From assembly GCA_032718475.1 (NCBI GenBank), contig JAUCBJ010006596.1, positions 1-64,000 on the forward strand: a stretch of 64,000 nt of DNA. Direction: 5' to 3'. Origin of the DNA: Nemertoderma westbladi. Lineage: Eukaryota > Animalia > Xenacoelomorpha. Position numbers and translations under genes: made by a program. The notes beneath the pieces are model-generated. The model made no database searches. It had not been told where the DNA came from and worked only from the letters and a program-made list of their open reading frames with translations. Positions 1 to 11,800 of the stretch are shown here, in pieces (the stretch's first letter is position 1; the number at the start of each line of letters is the position of its first letter).

Positions 1-717
1 TAGAAGTGTGTAATAAATAAATAGGAAATGTACCTTATGTGTAAAGTAAAGCACCAGTGTCTATTGTAACAGAAAACAAGTTGACTTTCAGTGTAATGAA
101 AGAGTCTAGACATATAAAGTATATCTTTTCTATTCTTGCCTATATTGATTTTACAGAGCTCTAATGTTAAAGTTTATTAGATAAAATATATTACTTTACA
201 AATAGAATGTATTGGTTGCTCTTTGTGAATAAATAGTTATTAAGATATTATATTATATTATTATTATATTATTTACTATTATAGATAAATAATATTTAAC
301 ATTATTTATAATATAATACAAAACTACAATACATTTGCTGTATTGAATCATATTAGTATAAACTAAAAAACTAACTATATGGCACGGCACTCACATGTTT
401 GACATTTTAGAACCTAATATGTTTTTGGATAAAAGTTATCATATTTACAAAAACTAATAGCAAAAATTAGAACTCAAGCTTTTGAATTATATTAATTAAT
501 TGAATTACTACATACAGTATGTTGAATTGTAATATTTATACAATAACAAAAATACTTGTAAAAATGCATGGGATAATGATATTTCTTATGTTTCAATTAC
601 ACCTTTTATATAATCATGTAGGCAAAGACGAATCGCATCCCAGGGGGCGCTGCCCGGGCCCACGTTGTTGGTGAACTCGACCGGTACGGAGATCGTGGGT
701 GGAATGTGTTCTGGTGG

Positions 718-1609
718 TTAACATTTAGCCATTACCAAACTTCTGTTCCACTGTACTGTCTGTACAAAAAACTGCATATTCTACCACTCGATCTTTTATT
801 TAAACACCAGACCGCTCTATTTATGTATGACATTAATATTGGAACCAATTATCAACACCCTGACTTAGAACTGCCTTTCGCAAGAACTTCATCAATACAC
901 AATTACTTAACTCTATCCTCTACGAAAGGCAACTATAATATCCCGCTTGTTAGACTTGAAATAGCCAAACAATCCATTAATTTTCTGGGTCCATCCATTT
1001 GGAACTCGGTACCCCCTGATATTCGTAAACATTCTAAATCAAAATACTCTTTTTCCAAATCCTATAAAAGGTTCTTACTTAAAAATGTTTAGTAACTTAC
1101 CTACCTATATCATGCTTTAAATACTGGTCACAAGAATGAGATCAAACTCACCCCCTCACCAATAATTTCAGCCCTCGATGTTCAAACATTCTGACAGAGT
1201 GCTATCTGCTAATTAACTAATTAGTTAAGCTAACAATAAACAAATTATAATTCCATTAGAACACAAAAATATATCATAAATTTTGAGTACACCCCCCCCC
1301 CCCCCCCCCCCCCTTCCCCTACAAGATCCCCCCCATCCATTCATCATCAATAAACACTATTAATGCGTAACCAATTGTGTTATTACCATTACTGGCTGGT
1401 TACGACTACTAGCACTGCTATCAGTTACCAGCCAGTCTATCATATTACTACCTCCACTTACCATACTAACCCAGATTCATTATCATCACTCTCAAAAATA
1501 TTCATCTAACCCTCATTCCTCATAAGATACGATGATTGGTGATAGGACTGGAGCAACATGATACAATTTTTGTAATATGATGGAAATAAATAAATTTGAT
1601 TGATTGATT
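718..1609 (+). mobile_element. 5'-truncated CR1/L2-type LINE (ORF2 C-terminus + 3' UTR)
   Basis: LYKKLHILPLDLLFKHQTALFMY...SINFLGPSIWNSVP...SFSKSYKRFLL is typical CR1/L2 ORF2 end; AATAAA then (TGAT)n tail at ~1586-1609; GTGG duplicated at 714-717 and 1610-1613. Confidence 0.8.
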
Positions 1610-1723
1610 GTGGGCGAAGTCGGCCACTAACGTGGAAGGGATGGCGATGGCTGCCCGTGTACATATTATCAGAATAGTGCCAACCGATCGGGAGCTCGTG
1701 TGCAGAAAATATGTCGACCAGGA

Positions 1724-2195
1724 TGCTCTCCACCACGTTGCCCAGGGTCAGGGTGCTCCACTCAACGTCGCCCAGGGTCTACACTCAAAGTCGCTCAGGG
1801 TCAGGGTGCTCCCCACCACGTCGCCCAGGGTCAGGATGCTCCCCACAACGTCGCCCAGGGTCAGGGTGCTCCATTCAACGTCGCTCAGGGTCAGGGTGCT
1901 CCCCACCACATCTCCCCGGGTCAGGGTGCTCCACTCAATGTCGCTCAGGGTCAGGGTGCTCCACTCAACGTCGCTCAGGGTCAGGGTGATCCCCACCACA
2001 TCGCCCCGGGTCAGGGTGCTCCACTCAACGTCGCTCAGGGTCAGGGTGCTCCACTCAACGTCACTCAGGGTCAGGGCGCTCCACTCAACGTCGCCCAGGG
2101 TCTGGGTGCTCCACTCAACGTCGCCCAGTGTCAGGGTGATCCACTCAATGTCGCTCTGGGTCAGGGTGCACACCGCAAGGTCGCCCAGGGTGCTC
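1724..2195 (+). repeat. 30-bp minisatellite (~15 units) encoding PLNVAQGQGA
   Basis: Unit CCACTCAACGTCGCTCAGGGTCAGGGTGCT visible directly. Confidence 0.95.
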
Positions 2196-2489
2196 CCCAA
2201 AAGGCAGCCCATGCCCGCAATCTTCACTCATAATATGACGTACATCATTGTCAGTCTTCAAACAGCACCGGTTTGTTTTCGTTTGTTGTGCAGGTAATCC
2301 TTGTTAGAGTGTTGTTTCAACATGAATTATGTGACAGAGTTAAGAGACACATATCCATCACAATCATATTCATATAGCATCTGCAATAGAATACATGAAA
2401 AGTCAAATAACAACTCATTCTCCAATACTGGTCCAGTATAAAACAGTCAGTGTATAACATCAGGCAAAAAACCTCAATTATTGTTTTAT

Positions 2490-3275
2490 CAGTTTTGAGT
2501 TAAATCTCGTGATAGTTATATATCGATTCTCCGGTTTATTCGATTTTCGAATCCAAACAATGTAGATCCTGAGGACAGGGAAACAAGAATCCACGGTATT
2601 ACAGAATTAGTAAGTGATATCTGTAAACAGTATACACCAGGTCAAAATTTATCCCTTGATGAAGCATTACTACTTTTCAAAGGTCGGCTCGGATTCAAAG
2701 TATTTATTCACATGAAACGTTCCCGCTTTAGGATCAAACTATTTATTATTTGTGACTCTAATGGGTATTTGGTTGTTGCAAGGGTGTATGTATTTTGGGA
2801 AGAATGCGACAATACCCCAGATATTGGCAACACCACAGCTATCACATAGCGAGAACATAGTCGCTTTGTTACTTGATAAATCCGATTCATTGAAGAAAGG
2901 ATACATTGTCCACATAGATAACTGGTATACTAGCACTCGCCTGGCGACGTTTTTTGACAATACAACTGGTGTGAGAGAAACGATAAATGTAACTAGAGGA
3001 ATTCCAGACCAATTAAAAAACTTCAAACAGAAGGCTATTAGTTTGAAGTTTATGCGAAATGAAAGTAAAACAATCTTAGCTGTCAAATTTACTGATAAAC
3101 GGGATGTTTATTTATTGTCAACTGTGGATGATGCCGAAGAGGTTGAGAAGAACCGATTTGTCCATGGTGGTGATCAAGTTGCATTTTGTAAACCAACCCC
3201 GATTGACATGTATAACAAATTCATGGGAGGCGTTGACTTGCAGGACCAACTTATAAAAATGTACAATCCTGTACT
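2490..3275 (+). pseudogene. piggyBac transposase fragment (PGBD4-like)
   Basis: PGQNLSLDEALLLFKGRL, YIVHIDNWYTS and YNKFMGGVDLQDQ motifs (DDD triad) across frameshifts; cut off by the 35-bp array. Confidence 0.9.
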
Positions 3276-5440
3276 GTAACCGCTGTTCAAACGTTCGTTC
3301 CTCAGTTAGTGTAACCGCTGTTCAAACGTTTGTTCCTCAGTTAGTGTAACCGCTGTTCTACGTTTGTTCCTCAGTTAGTGTAACCACTGTTCTAACGTTT
3401 GTTCCTCAGTTAGTGTGACCGCTGTTCAAACGTTTGTTCCTCAGTTAGTGTAAGCGCTGTTCTAACGTTTGTTCCTCAGTTAGTGTATCAGCTGTTCTAA
3501 CAATTGTTCCTCAGTTAGTGTGACCGCTGTTCTAACGTTTGTTCCTCAGTTAGTGTAACTGCTGTTCAAACGTTTGTTCCTTAGTTAGTGTAACCGCTGT
3601 TCTAACGTTTGTTCCTCAGTTAGTGTAACCGCTGTTCTAACGTTTGTTCCTCAGTTAGCTTAATCGCTGTTCTAACCTTTGTTCCTTAGTTAGTTTAACT
3701 GCTGTCCTAAGCTTTGTTCATCAGTTAGTTTAAACGCTGTTCTAATATTTGTTCCTCAGTTAGTTTAACTGCTGTTCAAACGTTTGTTCCTCAGATAGTG
3801 TAACCACTGTTATAACGTTTGTTCCGCAGTTAGTTTATGCGCTGTTCTAACGTTTGTTCCTCTGGTAGTGTAACCGTTGTTCTAACGTTTCTTCCTCAGT
3901 TAGTGTAAACGCTGTTCTAACGTTTGTTCCTCAGTTAGTTTAACCGCTGTTCAAATGTTTGTTCCTCAGTTAATGTAACCGTTGTTCTAACGTTTTACTC
4001 GGATATTTTAACCGCTGTTTTAATGTTTGTTTCTCAGTTAGTTTAAGCGCTGTTGAAACGTTTGTTCCTCAGTTAGTGTAACCACTGTTCTAACGTTTCT
4101 TCCTCAGTTAGTGTAAACGCTGTTCTAACGTTTGTTCCTCAGTTAGTTTAACCGCTGTTCAAACGTTTGTTCCTCAGTTAGTGTAACCATTGTTCTAACG
4201 TTTTACTCGGTTATTTTAACCGCTGCTTTAATGTTTGTTCCTCAGTTAGTGTAACCGCTGTTCTAACGTTTGTTCCGCAGTTAGTCTAACCGTTGTTCTA
4301 ACGTTTGTTCCTCAGTGAGTTTAACAGCTGTCCTAATCTTTGTTCCTCAGTTAGTTTAACCGCTGTTCAAACTTTTGTTTCTCAGTTAGTGTAACCGTTG
4401 TTCTAACGTTTGTTCTCAGTTAGTGTAACCGCTGTTCTAACATTTGTTCCTCAGTTAGTGTAACCGCTGTTGTAATGTATGTTCCTAAGTTTGTTTAACC
4501 GCTGTTCTAACGTTTGTTCCTCTGTTAGTGTAACGAATGTTCTAACTCTTTACTCGGTTATTTAAACCGCTGTTCTAACGTTTGTTCTTCAGTTAGTGTA
4601 ACCGCTGTTCTAACGTTTGTTCCTCAGTTAGTGTAACCGCTGTTGTAACGTTTGTTTCTAAGTTAGTTTACCCACTGTTCTAACGTTTGTTGCTCAGTTA
4701 GTGTAACAGCTGTTCTAAAGTTTGTTCCTCAGTTAGTGTATCTGCTGTTGTAACGTTTGTTCCTAAGTTAGTTTAACCACTGTCCTAACCTTTGTTCCTC
4801 AGTTAGTTTGACCGCTGTCCTAACCTTTGTTCCTCAGTTAGTTTATCTGGTGTTCTAGCGTTTGTTCCTAAGTTAGTTTAACCGCTGTTCTAACGTTTTG
4901 TTCCTCAGTTAGTTTAACAGCTATCATAATATTTGTTAATCAGTTAGTTAAACTGTTGTTACTCTGTTATTTTGATTGGTGTCGTAAACTTTGTTCCTCA
5001 GTTATTTTAACCGCTGTCTTAACCTTTGTTCCTAATGGATGGCATAACACTTGTTCCTCAGTTAGTTTACATGCTTCTAGTTCTAATCTTTGTTCATCAG
5101 TTAGTTTAACTGCTTTCCTCATCTTTGTTCCTTAGTTAGTTTAACTGCTTTCCTAATCTTTGTTCCTTTGTTACTTTAAGAGCTGTTCTAACTTTTGTTC
5201 CTTAGTTATTTTAACTGCGCTGTCCTAACCTTTGTTCATCAGTTTTAACAGCTGTAACCTTTGTACCCCAGTTAGTTTTATAGCTGTTCTAACATTTTTT
5301 TTTTTTTGAGTTAGTTTAATCGCTGTCGTAACCTTTGTTCCTCTTTTAGTTTAAGTGTTGTCCTAACCTTTGTTACCCAATTAGTTGAACCGTTGTCGTA
5401 ACCTTTCTTCCTCAGTTATTTTAATTGGTGTTCTAACCTT
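3274..5440 (+). repeat. 35-bp satellite array, degenerating toward the 3' end
   Basis: Unit TGTAACCGCTGTTCTAACGTTTGTTCCTCAGTTAG; period 35 (GTAACC at 3311 and 3346). Confidence 0.95.
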
Positions 5441-5846
5441 TTATTTTTGAGTAAATTTAATCGCAGTTGTATCCTTTGGTCCACATTTAGTGTAACTTTT
5501 GCTTAGTTGCTTAGTTTAACCAGGCAGAAATACGGGGTAATAGTGTTTTCTACAACACTGTTAATAGTTATTCTTTGAGGCATGGTTGCCTTTTCTGGCA
5601 GAGCACGGCAATAACGAAGTTGTACTTTCCTTTGAGTGATTAGTTGGCTTAAATATTGTGCTGCATTCCATAGCGAAATATTCATTCGGTGTTGTAGCTC
5701 AGTATACTCACCCGGCTGATGATAACCAAAAGTTTGAAACCTAGGTACCGGGTTCGAGACCCAATATAGCCGGTTGATATTTTTCCCTATGGAGAGCATT
5801 ATTGTATTGTCTTGTTTACATTGTATATTTATATTTTTGTTATAGA

Positions 5847-8800
5847 ATGGCAGCAATAATCGGCCTTGCCGACGTTTTGTCGGCGAGGACAAGAGTAGAG
5901 GATTGTTTCCTGGAATGTCGAGTCGTGCACGTTTTGTCGGCGAGGACAAGAGTAGAGGATTGTTTCCTGGAATGTCGAGTCGTGCACGTTTTGTCGGCGA
6001 GGACAAGAGTAGAGGATTGTTTCCTGGAATGTCGAGTCGTGCACGTTTTGTCGGCGAGGACAAGAGTAGAGGATTGTTTCCTGGAATGTCGAGTCGTGCA
6101 CGTTTTGTCGGCGAGGACAATAGTAGAGGATTGTTTCCTGGAATGTCGAGTCGTGCACGTTTTGTCGGCGAGGACAAGAGTAGAGGATTGTTTCCTGGAA
6201 TGTCGATTCGTGCACGTTTTGTCGGCGAGGACAAGAGTAGAGGATTATTTCCTAGAATGTCGAGTCGTGCACGTTTTGTCGGCGAGGACAAGAGTAGAGG
6301 ATTGTTTCCTGGAATGTCAAGTCGTGCACGTTTTGTCGGCGAGGACAAGAGTAGAGGATTGTTTCCTGGAATGTCGAGTCGTGCACGTTTTGTCGGCGAG
6401 GACAAGAGTAGAGGATTTTTTTCTGGAATGTCGAGTCGTGCACGTTTTGTCGGCGAGGACAAGAGTGATTGTTTCCTGGAATGTCGAGTCGTGCACGTTT
6501 TGTCGGCGAGGACAAGAGTAGAGGATTGTTTCCTGGAACATCGAGTCGTGCACGTTTTGTCGGCGAGGACAAGAGTAGAGGATTGTTTCCTGGAATGTCG
6601 AGTCGTGCACGTTTTGTCGGCGAGGACAAGAGTAGAGGTTTGTTTCCTGAAATGTCGAGTCGTGCACGTTTTGTCGGCGAGGACAAGAGTAGAGCATTAT
6701 TTCCTGGAATGTCGAGTCGTGCACGTTTTGTCGGCGAGGACAAGAGTAGAGGATTGTTTCCTGGAATGTCGAGTCGTGCACGTTTTGTCGGCGAGGACAA
6801 GAGTAGAGGATTGTTTCCTGGAATGTCAAGTCGTGCACGTTTTGTCGGCGAGGACAAGAGTAGAGGATTGTTTCCTGGAATGTCGAGTCGTGCACGTTTT
6901 GTCGGCGAGGACAAGAGTAGAGGATTGTTTCCTGGAATGTCGAGTCGTGCACGTTTTGTTGGCGAGGACAAGAGTAGAGGATTGTTTCCTGGAATGTCGA
7001 GTCGTGCACGTTTTGTCAGCGAGGACAAGAGTAGAGGATTGTTTCCTGGAATGTCGAGTCGTGCACGTTTTGTCGGCGAGGACAAGAGTAGAGGATTGTT
7101 TCCTGGAATGTCGAGTCGTGCACGTTTTGTTGGCGAGGACAAGAGTAGAGGATTGTTTCCTGGAATGTCGAGTCGTGCACGTTTTGTCAGCGAGGACAAG
7201 AGTAGAGGATTGTTTCCTGGAATGTCGAGTCGTGCACGTTTTGTCGGCGAGGACAAGAGTAGAGGATTGTTTCCTGGAATGTCAAGTCATGCACGTTTTG
7301 TCGGCGAGGACAAGCGTAGAGGATTGTTTCCTGGAATGTCGAGTCGTGCACGTTTTGTCGGCGAGGACAAGAGTAGAGGATTGTTTCCTGGAATGTCGAG
7401 TCGTGCACGTTTTGTCGGCGAGGACAAGAGTAGATGATTGTTTTCTGGAATATCGAGTCGTGCACGTTTTGTCGGCAAGGACAAGAATAGAGAATTGTTT
7501 CCTGGAATGTCGAGTCGTGCACGTTTTGTCGGCGAGGACAAGAGTAGAGTATTGTTTCCTGGAATGTCGAGTCGTGCACGTTTTGTCGGCGAGGACAAGA
7601 GTAGAGGATTGTTTCCTGGAATGTCGAGTCGTGCACGTTTTGTCGGCGAGGACAAGAGTAGAGGATTGTTTCCTGGAATGTCAAGTCGTGCACGTTTTGT
7701 CGGCGAGGACAAGAGTAGAGGATTGTTTCCTAGAATGTCGAGTCGTGCACGTTTTGTCGGCGAGGACAAGAGTAGAGGATTGTTTCCTGGAATGTCAAGT
7801 CGTGCACGTTTTGTCGGCGAGGACAAGAGTAGAGGATTGTTTCCTGGAATGTCGAGTCGTGCACGTTTTGTCGGCGAGGACAAGAGTAGAGGATTGTTTC
7901 CTGGAATGTTGAGTCGTGCACGTTTTGTCAGCGAGGACAAGAGTGATTGTTTCCTGGAATGTCGAGTCGTGCACGTTTTGTCGGCGAGGACAAGAGTAGA
8001 GGATTGTTTCCTGGAATGTCGAGTCGTGCACGTTTTGTCGGCGAGGACAAGAGTGATTGTTTCCTGGAATGTCGAGTCGTGCACGTTTTGTCGGCGAGGA
8101 CAAGAGTAGAGGATTGTTTCCTGGAACGTCGAGTCGTGCACGTTTTGTCGGCGAGGACAAGAGTAGAGGATTGTTTCCTGGAATGTCGAGTCGTGCACGT
8201 TTTGTCGGCGAGGACAAGAGTAGAGGATTGTTTCCTGAAATGTCGAGTCGTGCACATTTTGTTGGCGAGGACAAGAGTAGAGGATTGTTTCCTGAAATGT
8301 CGAGTCGTGCACGTTTTGGCGGCGAGGACAAGAGTAGAGGATTGTTTCCTGGAATGTCGAGTCGTGCACGTTTTGTCGGCGAGGACAAGAGTAGAGGATT
8401 GTTTCCTGGAATGTCGAGTCGTGCACGTTTTGTCGGCGAGGACAAGAGTAGAGGATTGTTTCCTGGAATGTCAAGTCGTGCACGTTTTGTCGGCGAGGAC
8501 AAGAGTAGAGGATTGTTTCCTGGAATGTCGAGTCGTGCACGTTTTGTCGGCGAGGACAAGAGTAGAGGATTGTTTCCTGGAATGTCGAGTCGTGCACGTT
8601 TTGTCGGCGAGGACAAGAGTAGAGGATTGTTTCCTGGAATGTCGAGTTGTGCACGTTTTGTCGGCGAGGACAAGAGTAGAGGATTGTTTCCTGGAATGTC
8701 GAGTCGTGCACGTTTTGTCGGCGAGGACAAGAGTAGAGGATTGTTTCCTGGAATGTCGAGTCGTGCACGTTTTGTTGGCGAGGACAAGAGTAGAGGATTG

Positions 8801-11800
8801 TTTCCTGGAATGTCGAGTCATGCACGTTTTTTCAGCGAGGACAAGAGTAGAGGATTGTTTCCTGGAATGTCGAGTCGTGCACGTTTTGTCGGCGAGGACA
8901 AGAGTAGAGGATTGTTTCCTGGAATGTCAAGACATGCACGTTTTGTCGGCGAGGACAAGCGTAGAGGATTGTTTCCTGGAATGTCGAGTCGTGCACGTTT
9001 TTTCGGCGAGGACAAGAGTAGAGGATTGTTTCCTGGAATGTCGAGTCGTGCACGTTTTGTCGGCGAGGACAAGAGTAGAGGATTGTTTCCTGGAATATCG
9101 AGTCGTGCACGTTTTGTCGGCAAGGACAAGAGTAGAGGATTGTTTCCTGGAATGTCGAGTCGTGCACGTTTTGTCGGCGAGGACAAGAGTAGAGTATTGT
9201 TTCCTGGAATGTCGAGTCGTGCACGTTTTGTCGGCGAGGACAAGAGTAGAGGATTGTTTCCTGGAATGTCGAGTCGTGCACGTTTTGTCGGCGAGGACAA
9301 GAGTAGAGGATTGTTTCCTGGAATGTCAAGTCGTGCACGTTTTGTCGGCGAGGACAAGAGTAGAGGATTGTTTCCTAGAATGTCGAGTCGTGCACGTTTT
9401 GTCGGCGAGGACAAGAGTAGAGGATTGTTTCCTGGAATGTCAAGTCGTGCACGTTTTGTCGGCGAGGACAAGAGTAGAGGATTGTTTCCTGGAATGTCGA
9501 GTCGTGCACGTTTTGTCGGCGAGGACAAGAGTAGAGGATTGTTTCCTGGAATGTTGAGTCGTGCACGTTTTGTCGGCGAGGACAAGAGTGATTGTTTCCT
9601 GGAATGTCGAGTCGTGCACGTTTTGTCGGCGAGGACAAGAGTAGAGGATTGTTTCCTGGAATGTCGAGTCATGCACGTTTTGTCGGCGAGGACAAGAGTA
9701 GAGGATTGTTTCCTGGAATGTCGAGTCGTGCACGTTTTGTCGGCGAGGACAAGAGTAGAGGATTGTTTCCTGAAATGTCGAGTCGTGCACGTTTTGTCGG
9801 CGAGGACAAGAGTAGAGGATTGTTTCCTGGAATGTCGAGTCATGCACGTTTTGTCGGTGAGGACAAGAGTAGAGGATTGTTTCCTGGAATGTCGAGTCGT
9901 GCACGTTTTGTCGGCGAGGACAAGAGTAGAGGATTGTTTCCTGGAATGTCAAGTCGTGCACGTTTTGTCGGCGAGGACAAGAGTAGAGGATTGTTTCCTG
10001 GAATGTCAAGTCGTGCATGTTTTGTCGGCGAGGACAAGAGTAGAGGATTGTTTCCTGGAATGTCGAGTCGTGCACGTTTTGTCGGCGAGGACAAGAGTAG
10101 AGGATTGTTTCCTGGAATGTCGAGTCGTGCACGTTTTGTCAGCGAGGACAAGAGTAGAGGATTGTTTCCTGGAATGTCGAGTCGTGCACGTTTTGTCGGC
10201 GAGGACAAGAGTAGAGGATTGTTTCCTGGAATGTCGAGTCGTGCACGTTTTGTCGGCGAGGACAAGAGTAGAGGATTGTTTCCTGGAATGTCGAGTCGTG
10301 CACGTTTTGTCGGCGAGGACAAGAGTAGAGGATTGTTTCCTGGAATGTCGAGTCGTGCACGTTTTGTCAGCGAGGACAAGAGTAGAGGATTGTGTCCTGG
10401 AATGTCGAGTCGTGCACGTTTTGTCGGTGAGGACAAGAGTAGAGGATTGTTTCCTGGAATGTCAAGTCATGCACGTTTTGTCGGCGAGGACAAGAGTAGA
10501 GGATTGTTTCCTGGAATGTCGAGTCGTGCACGTTTTGTCGGCGAGGACAAGAGTAGAGGATTGTTTCCTGGAATGTCGAGTCGTGCACGTTTTGTCGGCG
10601 AGGACAAGAGTAGATGATTGTTTCCTGGAATGTCGAGTCGTGCACGTTTTGTCGGCGAGGACAAGAGTAGAGGATTGTTTCCTGGAATGTCGAGTCGTGC
10701 ACGTTTTGTCGGCGAGGACAAGAGTAGAGGATTGTTTCCTGGAATGTCGAGTCGTGCACGTTTTGTTGGCGAGGACAAGAGTAGAGGATTATTTCCTGGA
10801 ATGTCGAGTCGTGCACGTTTTGTCGGCGAGGACAAGAGTAGAGGATTGTTTCCTGGAATGTCGAGTCGTGCACGTTTTGTCGGCGAGGACAAGAGTAGAG
10901 GATTGTTTCCTGGAATGTCAAGTCATGCACGTTTTGTCGGCGAGGACAAGCGTAGAGGATTGTTTCCTGGAATGTCGAGTCGTGCACGTTTTGTTGGCGA
11001 GGACAAGAGTAGAGGATTGTTTCCTGGAATGTCGAGTCGTGCACGTTTGGTCGGCGAGGACAAGAGTAGAGGATTGTTTCCTGGAATGTCAAGTCGTGCA
11101 TGTTTTGACGGTGAGGACAAGAGTAGAGGATTGTTTCCTGGAATGTCGAGTCGTGCACGTTTTGTCGGCGAGGACAAGAGTAGAGTATTGTTTCCTGGAA
11201 TGTCGAGTCGTGCACGTTTTGTCGGCGAGGACAAGAGTAGAGGATTGTTTCCTGGAATGTCGAGTCGTGCACGTTTTGTCGGCGAGGACAAGAGTAGAGG
11301 ATTGTTTCCTGGAATGTCGAGTAGTGCACGTTTTGTTGGCGAGGACAAGAGTAGAGGATTGTTTCCTGGAATGTCGAGTCGTGCACGTTTTGTCAGCGAG
11401 GACAAGAGTAGAGGATTGTTTCCTGGAATGTCGAGTCGTGCACGTTTTGTCGGAGAGGACAAGAGTAGAGGATTGTTTCCTGGAATGTCAAGTCATGCAC
11501 GTTTTGTCGGCGAGGACAAGAGTAGAGGATTGTTTCCTGGAATGTCGAGTCGTGCACGTTTTGTCGGCGAGGACAAGATTAGAGGATTGTTTCCTGGAAT
11601 GTCGAGTCGTGCACGTTTTGTCGGTGAGGACAAGAGTAGAGGATTGTTTCCTGGAATGTCGAGTCGTGCACGTTTTGTCGGCGAGGACAAGAGTGATTGT
11701 TTCCTGGAATGTCGAGTCGTGCACGTTTTGTCGGCGAGGACAAGAGTAGAGGATTGTTTCCTGGAACGTCGAGTCGTGCACGTTTTGTCGGCGAGGACAA

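Larger units (their letters stand above)
622..2233 (+). pseudogene. Family X (unnamed), last exon, copy A, split by a LINE insertion
   Basis: After AG acceptor at 620-621: AKTNRIPGGAARAHVVGELDRYGDRGWNVFWW (622-717) resumes at ~1611 as WAKSATNVEGMAMAARVHIIRIVPTD; aligns with the 40105 exon (ARNHINREVQQYGDRGWYILGWGKSGSTVEGVPEAARLHIARIVPAD). Tail is a QGQGAPLNVA repeat with a frameshift. Confidence 0.75.

Noticed and set aside
3274-5440. 35-bp repeats as a CRISPR array
   Set aside because: Units are contiguous with no unique spacers, no cas genes, eukaryotic context; same for the other arrays.
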